Assembly: GCA_900291995.1 (NCBI GenBank)
Contig: OLMU01003073.1
Span: forward strand, 62,001 to 97,466
From: Licmophora abbreviata
Taxonomy: Eukaryota
Length of the DNA stretch: 35,466 nucleotides
Reading direction: 5' to 3'
The position numbers were made by a program, and so were the translations under genes. The notes below the pieces were generated by a model, which searched no databases, was not told the DNA's origin, and saw only the letters and a program-made list of their open reading frames with translations. Below are positions 10,982-21,333 of this stretch, in pieces; position 1 is the first letter of the stretch; each line of letters opens with the position of its first letter.

Positions 10982-11851
10982 ATGTCAGGATTTACGTTTC
11001 CAAGTCTCGTGAGTAACTCTCAAGCTACATTGGTCTGCTACCGAGGCCCAGGTTGCGCAACTCAGTACAATTTTGGGGAATCTAATTTTCTAGATTTCCC
11101 TGGGACCGGCTACCCAGCCGCACCTACTATTGCCGATGCCCAGTCCATCGGCTTTTCTACTTACCGTGATACGTGCCAAGGATTCTTTATCGATGACTTG
11201 TCGGAAACACCTTTCGGTGACTTGACTCTAAGCAATGGCAACTACACCGGGGGCTTCGTGAACGTTTGTACCGGAATCGGAGCTTCGGAGGAGCGTCTGA
11301 CCTGCGACTTTGACCACATTGCACTCGTGCACTTGACTGGTGCCGAAGAGTCCCTTCGGATTGACAGCAGTGTAGTGCTACTTGTTAGTCTCGAGCCATT
11401 TTGCTGGGGTGGTGTCCAAGTCGTCGACGGATCTTGCACGTGGCTCGGATCTTCCTTGGAATGCGACGGAACTTCTGCTACTCTCGGTGTGGTCAGCACG
11501 GATCAGCAAACTTGCTGTGGAAAGCTAGGTTCCTCCCTTGCCTCGTCGGAATGCAGCGGGACCGCCGCTGCTCTGAACAAGGATACCTGCCGCAACGAGG
11601 GCCCGCCAGTTGGCTTCGAATCCGATTCCAGCTGCGTTCACTTTACTCAAGACAACTCGAACGTTCAAATGGTCACTGTGCCCAGTGACAGGTTTCCAAG
11701 TGCTCTCGCCACCTCAGCCGTGGTGGATTCTTGTACCCGATTCAATGATAACGTAGGGGTTGGAAGTACTTCCGGTGGAGTCAATGCCCGCCTCAGTTTG
11801 GGTGCATTCGTGACTGTCGCCGCGCTTCTCTTCAGTAGCATTCCTTGCTAG
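10982..11851 (+). CDS. Cys-rich hypothetical cell-surface protein with C-terminal GPI-signal-like tail; 5' structure uncertain
   Basis: 289-aa ORF rich in Cys/Gly/Ser/Thr, ending in GSTSGG + spacer + hydrophobic LSLGAFVTVAALLFSSIPC. No clear signal peptide at the annotated start. Confidence 0.6.
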   Translation: MSGFTFPSLVSNSQATLVCYRGPGCATQYNFGESNFLDFPGTGYPAAPTIADAQSIGFSTYRDTCQGFFIDDLSETPFGDLTLSNGNYTGGFVNVCTGIGASEERLTCDFDHIALVHLTGAEESLRIDSSVVLLVSLEPFCWGGVQVVDGSCTWLGSSLECDGTSATLGVVSTDQQTCCGKLGSSLASSECSGTAAALNKDTCRNEGPPVGFESDSSCVHFTQDNSNVQMVTVPSDRFPSALATSAVVDSCTRFNDNVGVGSTSGGVNARLSLGAFVTVAALLFSSIPC

Positions 11852-12188
11852 GGGAAAGCACATTATATTTGTTAGTTTCTAAAGCTTTGGTGTTCGATCT
11901 CCATTCGTTTCTTGTTCAACTGCAGTAAGAGAAGCCCATTCGCGTATCCGAATTTCGACGCAAAACAAAAAATAAAATAGGGAGCGTTTCTTTGATAATT
12001 GAGAGTGACAAGAGGTTCGTCGCAATGACGAAAGCGAAAACTACATCACACACATTGCATCAGCAGAGTCGGCGGGAAAATAGTTCACATAGACCTACTG
12101 CGATATGAGATAGGGACGTCGCTCAGAATAAGAAATTACAATTAAACAGCTTGCGCCATGACTATGACCCCACCATCAGATAGTTTCC

Positions 12189-13658
12189 TCAAGCCGTGCT
12201 TTCCGATGCGGTCAAGGCGTTTGTCGACGAGGAGTGTTTGGCTGAGGTAGAGCCACTACTTGTTTTCAATATGTGCGTGGATCTTCTACGAGTATGGTTG
12301 AGCCCCGAGGCATCGCCGTCCCGGAGCTTGACTATCTCTTGGCGGAGAATATCTCGGATCTCCATCATGGAGGGGCGCTCCTCTATATCTTCCGACCAGG
12401 CGCGTTGAATAAAGTCTTGTACCGGTCCTGGCCAGCAAGGACAGACGAAGCGTTGCTGATCGTTGGCTTCGTCGACCGTCGAGTACGTGTTGGCCGCTTC
12501 AGCCTCCTTCTGCGACTCTGTCTTTTCCTTCGGGCGCGCCAGCATCAGAATTTCATATAGAACCAGCGAGAAGCTGTAGACATCCGCCTTCAGATTGTAA
12601 CGCTGCTTAGCCTTCACCTCGGGTGCCATGTAGCGCACAGTCCCCACCTTGCCCGACATCTTGTACACGCCGTCGATGGCATCTTCCGCGGGTGGCATCT
12701 CGCGACACAACCCAAAGTCGAAGAGCTTAGTATCGCCACGAATATCAAAGCCGACATTGTTGGGCTTTAAATCACGATAGATGATATTTTTGCTGTGCAA
12801 ATATTCCATCGCGCAGGCAATGTGGTACGCCACAGTGAGGCGCTCGACAAGAAGTTGCTTCCTCACCTTGCCTTTTCTGTCAATCATCTTTCCAATGATG
12901 GGGTGCTTGAGACGCTTCATTTTCTTTCGCCACTGAAAGACGCGGTCCTCTAATGTCTCCTTCATTTTGTCGACAATGATAAAGTATGCGTCGTGACGCC
13001 CGGTGGCAAAGCCCTCCGGTCCCTCTGCCGAGACTCCGCGGACAGTAAGAATGTTGGGATGGTGCAGCTTCTCCAGAATCATTTTCTCCATGACCAAGTC
13101 AATCGCCCCATTAGCATATTTTCGAGGTTTCTCCAAGAGACGCCGCCGCAGGTACTTGACGGCATAACGAGTCTCGCCGCTGTTGGGCTTTCGCCTGGCA
13201 TGTGCTGTTAGAAATCGCCGCGCTTGCTCGTCCTCAGGAGAATACTCACTTTCTTTGTTCGGATGGAAGGAGACAATTTCGTACACACTAGAAAATCCAC
13301 CTGAGCCAAGCAATCGACCTAGCTTCAGCTCCTCCTTTGCAAACGGGGCGACAACGCTGGTTGCAGGTTCCTCCCGGAGGAGACGCGATGATGAGTAGGC
13401 CTTTTCCATTTCCTTGCTCGCCCGCTTTACGACCTTTTGCGCCGTCTCTGGCTCCAGCGGCCGGTAATCTTTTTGCCGCTGCTCCATACGACATATCAGG
13501 CCATATATATCGTCGTCAGTGTGCTCATGGTCGGCGCCGTCGTCCCAGAAGGAGCTGAAGGCAATCCTACGACTCTTGTACGGGTCGACTGCACAGCGAC
13601 AGGGTTCAGGTCCGGGACCTAATTTCTTTTCTTTGCAGGCCTTTTTCTTTTCTTTCAT
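12189..13658 (-). CDS. Protein kinase (TKL-like, diatom-expanded type)
   Basis: Intact motifs LGSGGFSSV, YAVKYL, IIYRDLKPNNVGF, KLFDFGL, GTVRYMAPE, ADVYSF, W...ERPSM. Confidence 0.93.
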   Translation of the reverse strand: MKEKKKACKEKKLGPGPEPCRCAVDPYKSRRIAFSSFWDDGADHEHTDDDIYGLICRMEQRQKDYRPLEPETAQKVVKRASKEMEKAYSSSRLLREEPATSVVAPFAKEELKLGRLLGSGGFSSVYEIVSFHPNKESEYSPEDEQARRFLTAHARRKPNSGETRYAVKYLRRRLLEKPRKYANGAIDLVMEKMILEKLHHPNILTVRGVSAEGPEGFATGRHDAYFIIVDKMKETLEDRVFQWRKKMKRLKHPIIGKMIDRKGKVRKQLLVERLTVAYHIACAMEYLHSKNIIYRDLKPNNVGFDIRGDTKLFDFGLCREMPPAEDAIDGVYKMSGKVGTVRYMAPEVKAKQRYNLKADVYSFSLVLYEILMLARPKEKTESQKEAEAANTYSTVDEANDQQRFVCPCWPGPVQDFIQRAWSEDIEERPSMMEIRDILRQEIVKLRDGDASGLNHTRRRSTHILKTSSGSTSAKHSSSTNALTASESTA

Positions 13659-14394
13659 GATTGCTATGGTTCTCAGGCACGGCTTGAAATATTCTGTAAT
13701 GTTAATGCGATCACTTGAAGAGCAGGAACGTCGTCAACAACGGCAGACGAATCCTCATGGTGGAACACTCGTGGAATGCCAGAATGACAGGCGGGCTTCG
13801 CAGTGTACGTCAGCAATATTTATGTGACTCACGTATACTTAAATCAGCACCAACGAGGTAGGGAAGGCGGCTGATTGTGAGCGCGTCTCACTCACGCAGG
13901 GGGCTTCTGAGGGGTGGTACATATACCCGGTAGGAGCAGCAGCGACGTTACATGTACACCATCTTCCATACGGAAGATATTGCTGGTCGCCAGAAGTAAG
14001 CTGATCTTGCGGATTGTCGCCTGTAGAGCTCTGTGACTCAATGTACTTGGCTGTGGTCTTTCTACCGGTAGCCGAAAGGTAGATCACAAGCCCATCAGAA
14101 GCCCCTAACAAGCCTAGAATCCCATCTTGTCCGGCGCTTGATTTTCAGTACAGACCAACCTCGAGGATCGCTTATGTTATATATGTAAACGTTCGTTACT
14201 TTTTCTGCTACCAGCCAACGGCAAAGCGCAGCCTCCACAATTCTCAGAACAACTGCTCCCAAGTTGAAAACACATCCAATCCCTGTGACTTCTCTGAAAG
14301 TTCACTCGCTTTTCCCTCTGTCGCGTTGGCCAGATACTGTAATCGCCGAAAACGAGTTCTGTAAGTGATCCGGTTGTTCGATACTCATTATTCA

Positions 14395-14826
14395 CTATGC
14401 GCTCGCCGAGGACTCGGACCCGGACCCTTCATTCATAATCTCCACCGCAAACTTCTCTTGTTGTAAATCCAACATGGGAGTCCAGATACCTTGGACACTA
14501 GGAGTGCTTGTCACGACTGGTTGCTTGAGCTTGGCAATCTTGCGGCCACTGCTGTTCTTGAGCATGTCCATTACTTTTTGTATCTTGTGCGGTCCTTCTT
14601 CGTTCTTGACTGTTATCTGTTTGGGCTTTCCAGTACGATAGTGACCTTCTACAAAAGGATGCTTCCCGTTCCGAACCTTAACGATAATTTCCACATGCGG
14701 GTGTGCTTCAGCGAATCGAACGAGACGCGGGGACGAAATGTAGTCGCGAATGGCCCTGCTGGACCCACCGTGCTCGCAGTAGTTGAGCAGCAATTTCGTT
14801 AATTGCATCACACCACGAGTCGCCAT
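14395..14826 (-). CDS. MRPL43: Mitochondrial ribosomal protein mL43 (L51/S25/CI-B8 domain)
   Basis: MATRGVMQLTKLLLNYCEHGGSSRAIRDYI...FAEAHPHV...RNGKHPFVEGHY...TPSVQGIW matches the mL43 pattern. Confidence 0.88.
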   Translation of the reverse strand: MATRGVMQLTKLLLNYCEHGGSSRAIRDYISSPRLVRFAEAHPHVEIIVKVRNGKHPFVEGHYRTGKPKQITVKNEEGPHKIQKVMDMLKNSSGRKIAKLKQPVVTSTPSVQGIWTPMLDLQQEKFAVEIMNEGSGSESSASA

Positions 14827-15197
14827 AGTAGAAGTGTGTATGCTAGTGAAGGAAGAGCAACGCTGCTTGGATCCTGATTGGGCTGCCGCTTCCTATGACA
14901 CACTCTCAGTCATCAAAAGCCGCTGTCGTCGGCGTTGTCATGGTTGTGTGCGGTTTGTGTGTCGTCGCCACGGGCCGCGCCTGGCCGTCGTCCGTTCTCG
15001 ACCAGGTCCGTAACCGCGAGCTCTTCATAGTCGTCTCGAGCTCTCTAGAGCAACGAAGAGTTCACTCGAACATCACCTTGATGCATTGACCATGGCTACA
15101 CATGGTGGTCATTTGCTTCAACAGAACAACGACACTGAAACCTCTTTACATAACTGCTGTACTCCAATAGATACATTTTCTTGTCAGCTACCTTAGA

Positions 15198-16222
15198 ATG
15201 TCATTTCAAGACGTTGGGAAGCCAGGGGGAGCCTCGCGGCCAAGTCAACGGGTGTCTGCTCCAGCCACCGTCCCAGAATCTGGCAGCATGCAGAACTCCG
15301 CCATTTTTTCCCAAGTCAGCGACGGAATCCTGCAGTATCAGGTGCGAATGAGCTCTGTGCGAAATCATAAGACTGATGGGTACAGTTCGTGCTATCTAAC
15401 GTGTCTTCTGGATCTTTCATTTTGCAGAGAAATGTGGGAATCCTGGAGCGAATCGCGGCACAGGTCGGGACGAAGGCAGATGGACCAGTATTGGAAACGC
15501 AGTAAGTCATCAATGAACGATCTCACACGGCACTTCCTCATGTTTTCTATGCTAATCTTTGATGATCCATATATATTTCGTCTATGCAACGCAGGTACAA
15601 GGTGCAAGTCGACGTCCTGCAGCAACTCGGGAAGAAGCTGGACGGTCAGCTACTCGCCCAGGAGAAACAGATTGCAAGTCTGCCACGGTCGGAAGCAGCC
15701 AAACGACGGGCGACGCATGTAAAATTGACTCGTGACTTTCGCCGTGTCGAACAAACCTTCAAGAATGTGCGGCTGGACACCAAGCAAAAGCGAGCTCGTT
15801 TGTCACAAGCCAGAATGAACCAAGATCAGTCATCTCTTGCGGCCGCGCCGGAAACAACGGATCAAGAGCAAATTCAAATTCAACTTCAGCAACAAGTGAG
15901 TGGTCGTAGATATTTATTTGCTCGTTGTGGCTGACTTCTGTCCTCTCACAATCATCAAATGCTTGGCACGATTTTGTACGTGCAGAGATTGAACGAAGAA
16001 ATCATGAGGGAGAGAGAGGAGGAGATTCGCAGTATCAATCGAGGCATGCATCAAGTCAACGAAATCTACAAGGATCTGGCCCACATTGTCGGAAGTCAGC
16101 AGGATCAGGTCGATCAGATCGAGACACAAATGGAGGACTCGCGAGTCAACGCTGAGAGTGGACTCAATCACATTACCAAAGCCAATGAGAAGGCGTCCAG
16201 CGCGAACTGTACAATATCGTGA
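15198..16222 (+). CDS. Syntaxin-7/Pep12-like Qa-SNARE, 4 exons (15198-15341, 15428-15501, 15595-15895, 15986-16222), 251 aa, no TM anchor, C-terminal CaaX (CTIS)
   Basis: Three GT..CAG introns join the ORF pieces in frame: MSFQDV (STX7-like N-terminus), Habc-like helices (VGTKADGPVLETQ, KLTRDFRRV), SNARE motif EREEEIRSINRGMHQVNEIYKDLAHIVGSQQDQVDQIE. Confidence 0.88.
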
Positions 16223-16342
16223 TGTGAGCGCAGATTGGAAGAAAGTAAAATGTGTACGACGCACAGGATTGTGTTACTAGCTATTGCAGCTACCTAACGC
16301 ATTAGATTCGCAGCACGATCTGATCTTTGCTACACTTCATGT

Positions 16343-17341
16343 TCAGTTGAACGTAGTCTTTTGGCCAGCGAACGCAACGATGCCCGTCTTTTGTGATTGT
16401 CGAGCTGCCCATGATGGATGCTCCTTCCCTTCTTCTTTCCATGTCGTGCCCATGGCAGCAATCTTAGATGGGTCAACGGCCTGTTTTGCCTTCGCCCCGG
16501 TCACACGCTTGTCCATCTCGGCAGGCCGTGACGTCTTCGCTTCTCTCCAGTTTAGGGAGCTGTCAATCACTCCACCTTCTTTGCGTGCTTGTATCGCCAT
16601 CGCTTTAGCCCGCCTCGCACGCTGTCCCGGACGATTCTTCTTTTGGTCCGATGTCGCCTCGGCGTTATTGTGCTCGGTGTCGCCGCTGTTCTCGTCGCCA
16701 CTCTCGCCATCTCCATGTCCACCCAACTGCACAAAACGTCCTTCGGTGGAATCTTCTCTTGTCCTCCTGTTTGCATTGCTGTCTTTCCTTTGTTTTGTCA
16801 TACGAGGCTTGGGGCCTTCTACCAGATACTCTTGTCGTCCAAGCAACCATCGCCGATAGTCCGCCACCTTGTCACCCCACGTATCGATGGCACGCTTCAT
16901 TCGCTTGTGCTGTAACATGCGTTCTAGTAGTGCTTTGTCGTGTAGAGGCAATGCATCGACTTGCAAGCGACTACTTGAGTCGTCTTCTGATGAGTTCGGG
17001 TTCATCGTCGGCAGACCGAGTCGTTGTAAGCACACCTGTACCAGTACATCGATTGAGAAGGTCTTGGTTCGTTCCAGTCTAGACCCGTGCTTGGTGGTGG
17101 TGCTAGCATCAGACTGCGATGATGCATCCTGCTTAAGTTTCCGAACGATTTTCTGACATTCAAACGTCTTGACGACTTTGGCGTCCTTGTGTAAAGCCTT
17201 GCGGCACGCATACACAAGCTTGTCGTAGCGCTCTTGCTGCTCCTGCTGCAGTTGTTCTTCGGGCGACACGCGGGGTCGCTTCGATCCACGCCGCTTTTTC
17301 TTTTTCGATGCTAGGCTAGCAGTAGGGACAGGTTCTGACAT
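16343..17341 (-). CDS. Bud22/SRFBP1-like ribosome biogenesis protein
   Basis: KKNRPGQRARRAK and terminal HPSWAARQSQKTGIVAFAGQKTTFN resemble the Bud22 C-terminal signature (HPSW...F.G.K..F). First ATG is at 17341. Confidence 0.75.
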   Translation of the reverse strand: MSEPVPTASLASKKKKRRGSKRPRVSPEEQLQQEQQERYDKLVYACRKALHKDAKVVKTFECQKIVRKLKQDASSQSDASTTTKHGSRLERTKTFSIDVLVQVCLQRLGLPTMNPNSSEDDSSSRLQVDALPLHDKALLERMLQHKRMKRAIDTWGDKVADYRRWLLGRQEYLVEGPKPRMTKQRKDSNANRRTREDSTEGRFVQLGGHGDGESGDENSGDTEHNNAEATSDQKKNRPGQRARRAKAMAIQARKEGGVIDSSLNWREAKTSRPAEMDKRVTGAKAKQAVDPSKIAAMGTTWKEEGKEHPSWAARQSQKTGIVAFAGQKTTFN

Positions 17342-17668
17342 GACTAATCGCAAACTTGCAAAAGGGCTGCGACAAGGAACGCTTACAACGAATCTCTGTC
17401 ATCAGCGCCCCGTCGTCGGCGGCGGCGGCGTCGCATCGCGACGACTTCCGAGTGGTCAGTCGACGCGCGGGCTCTTATTGTAACCCAAAACTCGAATGCT
17501 CGCAAACTCCGGATTCCATTCCGACAATGGTTGGGTCGAAGGGGTCGAAAATATTTGGCGGGAAGCGTAACAGTCGTCAAAACATCGTGAGAAGCTGAGA
17601 ATCTTGACGATGCAGTGCATCGAATCGAATCTCATCCAAACTTTGGGAAACAAGTTATAGCGGTAACC

Positions 17669-19081
17669 ATGGCAGTGGATCGAATCTATACTAAGGCCAA
17701 GACGCCTTGGATTGGAGGGCCCGGGACATGGCTTCCGGCTCCAGTCGAATCCTTCCTCGGATGGTCTCTCGCGGTCGGGTGCCTGTCGGTATCAGGATAC
17801 CACTATTTGCTTGCCACATTCGTTTCGCCGACTTTGTTTCGTCTCCGTCACTTTCTACGAAAATCCATCACAAACAGGAATGAGACTGGAACCATAGAGT
17901 TTGCGGAGTTCCCATGTTGGCTTCCGCTGACAACCTGCAGTCGCGCCGAGCTCACATGTCGCTCGCCGCAAGATCGATTGTCACAGCTACTACCGCTCTT
18001 GCAGCGTTTCTCGTCAAATCAAGACTCCGCTTGGTCAGATAAGAGCTTGGTTACACTCATTCGTTCCAATGATGCTCTACGCCGGCTCGTATCTCTAACG
18101 ATGCGACCCACAACACATGCATCGTCCAGTGACGAGATAGAGACTGTGCTTCCAGCACGCACTCCGCTAGGCCAGCAACTCATCCGTCTGTGGCCAGCTC
18201 TCTTGAAGCTTCCGCCGCCGCCGCCTGCGTCAAGCTTTGACTTTCAAATAACCATGATAATACCAGCGTACTGTGAAGAGGGGTCGCACATCAAGGCAAA
18301 GCTAAGTTTGGCACTCGAATCTTGTTGTACGCCGAAAGGCGTCGAGGTGCTTGTTGTGGACGCTGGGTCATGCAACGAGCTTGAGATGCTGGAAGACAAC
18401 CGTGGTGCTTGGGGCAAACTATCTATACTTGGTTTTGAAGATGGAGGTGGTCGTGGACCTTGTCTCAACTACGGCGCAAAGCATGCGCAAGGTCGCATCT
18501 ATACATTTTGCCATTCCGATACGACTCTCCCAGCCGGATGGGACGCCACCATCATCAACGGACTCGACGCAGCACCATTTTCAACGACAAGGCCAAATTC
18601 TTGTGCCTTTGCATTTGGTATTGATACGACGCAAGAAGGTCTAAATGATGGTCCCTTTCCGCCCGGCATTCGAGCCGTCGAGACGACTGCAAATCTGCGT
18701 ACACATATGTATTCGCTTCCCTATGGCGATCAAGTCCTATCCGTACCTGCTGTCATCTTTGATTATGTTGGAGGCTTTCCAGATCAGTGCTTGATGGAAG
18801 ACTATGAGCTAATTTCCTTGCTACGACGACGCTCGGCGTTGCTTTCTAGATTTGGAGTTGGCGATTGCGCTGAGCGGCTGATTATTCTGGGCGGCCCACC
18901 GGCACTGTGCTCGCCTCGACGATGGCAAAAGCTTGGCGTTCTGTATGTTACGTTCCTCAATTCCAAGTTTGTCAACCAGTATGCTAGGGGTCTGTCACCC
19001 GACGCTTTATTCCGTCTGTACTACGGGCGATCAGCTCCGGCTCGAGCAAATGAGACTGCGCCCTGGGAGAAAAAGTTGTAG
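17669..19081 (+). CDS. Family 2 glycosyltransferase, TIGR04283-like, with N-terminal TM segment and extension
   Basis: ITMIIPAYCEE, VLVVDAGS, GRGPCLNYGA, FCHSDTTLP, LPYGDQVL, GGFPDQCLMEDYEL, CSPRRWQKLG. Confidence 0.82.
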   Translation: MAVDRIYTKAKTPWIGGPGTWLPAPVESFLGWSLAVGCLSVSGYHYLLATFVSPTLFRLRHFLRKSITNRNETGTIEFAEFPCWLPLTTCSRAELTCRSPQDRLSQLLPLLQRFSSNQDSAWSDKSLVTLIRSNDALRRLVSLTMRPTTHASSSDEIETVLPARTPLGQQLIRLWPALLKLPPPPPASSFDFQITMIIPAYCEEGSHIKAKLSLALESCCTPKGVEVLVVDAGSCNELEMLEDNRGAWGKLSILGFEDGGGRGPCLNYGAKHAQGRIYTFCHSDTTLPAGWDATIINGLDAAPFSTTRPNSCAFAFGIDTTQEGLNDGPFPPGIRAVETTANLRTHMYSLPYGDQVLSVPAVIFDYVGGFPDQCLMEDYELISLLRRRSALLSRFGVGDCAERLIILGGPPALCSPRRWQKLGVLYVTFLNSKFVNQYARGLSPDALFRLYYGRSAPARANETAPWEKKL

Positions 19082-19451
19082 AGACATGACCCTACTGATT
19101 GAATAACCTACTGCTGCTCTCTGAAGCACTAGCTAGAGTTACCAAGCTTCATCGCCTCTATCATGGTGGAAATGACGATATTGAGTATTACGTCGTATCG
19201 GACTCTCACTCGACGAAGCTGGCTCTGCCCTCCCACGCGAGCGGACTCTGACAGACCGGCCCAAAACTTTTATCAGCGTCATCGTTCAAAATGACCTTCC
19301 TTAGTACAAAAAGTACGTAGCCTTCAACAGAGAACGAGTATCGTACATATAGTAACACCCTCTCTGACAAAACTCGAGGAGGCGACGACGGCGAAGAGGT
19401 GAATGTGAATTGTCCTTTGTTGGGGACGTTTCAAGAAGAGTTTCATCCAGA

Positions 19452-20978
19452 ATGGCACCGAAACGACCATCTAATGAAGGAACGATGTCGTCCTTTGATG
19501 GCGAGTCGCATTTGGAGCTCGTCAGCCGGCAAGAAAGTAGTTTGGTCGACAACATTGGCAGCACCATGATTGACCCCGACTCTGTTGACTTTGAGCCTCT
19601 CCTGACCAATATTTCGGGAACAGCCGTCAATTATCACAGTTCTGATCATCTAGAGCATCAGTCACTCTTACGAGAAGCGAGGGATGACCCAGATTCCAGT
19701 GGTTCCCCTCAAAGGACCAGCATCAGTGAGGACGGTCGGCCACGGCGCTCGTTGGCATACGAGTATTTGCTGTATGCGTTACACCGACTGGGATTCATGA
19801 TGGTTCGATTACGAAGCTTCTTGATGGATGCGTCGTCGGATTCACGACCTTCTAAAAGTATCTCTTCATCAGGATCGGAAGAATCTGATCCTTGTCGCTA
19901 TGTTGTTGTGGGAATGCTGACCTTTGTTCTCCTCGTCATCGGCTCGCACGTGTCGGACGTCACAAGCTCCTTGAATCCCTCTGGCACGAGCGTAATGAAA
20001 CCACGAAAGGTGGCACATGCTCCGGAAGGAACCATCATTCCGCCCGATGTTCGTAGCGCATACAAGAACAACAACGAGGCCATGGGCATCATGGACACGC
20101 CAATATATTGGCATGTGCCCCGAAGTGCCGGTACTACGATGAAGCTCATCATGAGCATGTGTATGGGACGAGTACTTGCTTGCGAGCAAGGCGTAGGGCA
20201 TCAACTAGACGAGGTAAGTTTCTGGGCTACAGCGTGTGCGTGCTTGTGAAATCCGGGAGTACCGTCGACTCATTTACTTCGTATCTCTCTTTTGTTTCAG
20301 CAACTGGAGGTGTTAAACAAGCCGTTTGGGAACTTTGCCAATGTGGATACGTCTACTCCATTGGGGATACAGCGAGCAGCGGATCTGGGGCTGATACCGT
20401 CGCGCATGGTTGATGTGGTGCTCACGCCACATGTACGCGCGGCGACAAAACTATTCGACGCGAACCACAAGGGACGGCTATTTACAGTGTTTCGAGATCC
20501 TATTGAACGATTAGTGTCCCTGTATTACTTCTTACGAATGCCTGATCAGGAAGCATCGCTCGGATTGAACATTAAAGAAATGACACTGGAACAGTTTGCG
20601 TCGGACTATTCGGAGAACTGGCTGGTACGCACACTCAGCAATACAATGTCTGGTCCGATCGACGAGAGTCACCTCAACATTGCGAAAGAGATCGTTCGAC
20701 GGAAATTCTTAGTTGGATTATTGGAAGAAAAGACGGAGACACTGCGACGCGTGGAGGCCTACTATGGTTGGAAGCTTCCCAGCCGCGTGTCGCAAACTTG
20801 CAAGAACAATATGTACTACTTTGAGCCGCAGAGCAAGAATCCCCACCCGCGAATAAAGAAAGACTCACGCGAGTACCAAATCCTACAGAACCGCAATCGC
20901 TACGACATTGACCTATATGACTACGCCAAGTTTCTATTTGCGGAACAGAAGTCTCTTATTGGGCGGCTCACTGGATAG
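19452..20978 (+). CDS. Sulfotransferase-fold type II membrane protein, 2 exons (19452-20213, 20301-20978), 479 aa
   Basis: GTAAGT...TTTCAG intron 20214-20300 joins the two ORFs in frame. TM YVVVGMLTFVLLVIG; motifs YWHVPRSAGTT, FRDPIERLVSLYYFL, FLVGLLE, NRYDIDLYDYA. Confidence 0.82.
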
Positions 20979-21333
20979 ACAATCGACTGCGGCGAAATGT
21001 TCACTATTAGCTAGCATGAATAATAAAGACACTCCCCGCGCTTGAATTCAGAACCCTTACTGCTGTTATCTCGCTGGTTACGATGTGTCTTCCTATCTGT
21101 AGTGTAGGAACCAATACAGGATGCTTTAGATTATTTGCTTTCTTTCTCTTGTCTAGCGTGCTAACATTCGTTCACGCGGTGAAACACGTGTTCAGGAGTG
21201 TGAGTGTCGTGTGTGATGCCGCGCGCGCCAAAAGGACGCGGGGATATGCCGACCGACACATGACAATCTGAAATCGCGACACCCCCGTCACGATCACGGT
21301 GTCAAACATACGTCGTATCCACCCTCCCGTTCC

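Noticed and set aside
13660..14394. 730-nt gap with short ORFs; checked for tRNA, ncRNA or transposon ends
   Set aside because: No cloverleaf, terminal inverted repeats or coding motifs seen. Probably the kinase promoter/5' UTR and the mL43 3' UTR.
15198..15722. 174-aa unspliced ORF at the syntaxin locus
   Set aside because: It reads through introns. The spliced four-exon model explains the region with conserved syntaxin motifs.
16284..16859. 191-aa plus-strand ORF as a possible TM exon for the syntaxin
   Set aside because: It is antisense to the Bud22-like CDS, has no ATG at its start, and no convincing donor precedes the syntaxin stop.
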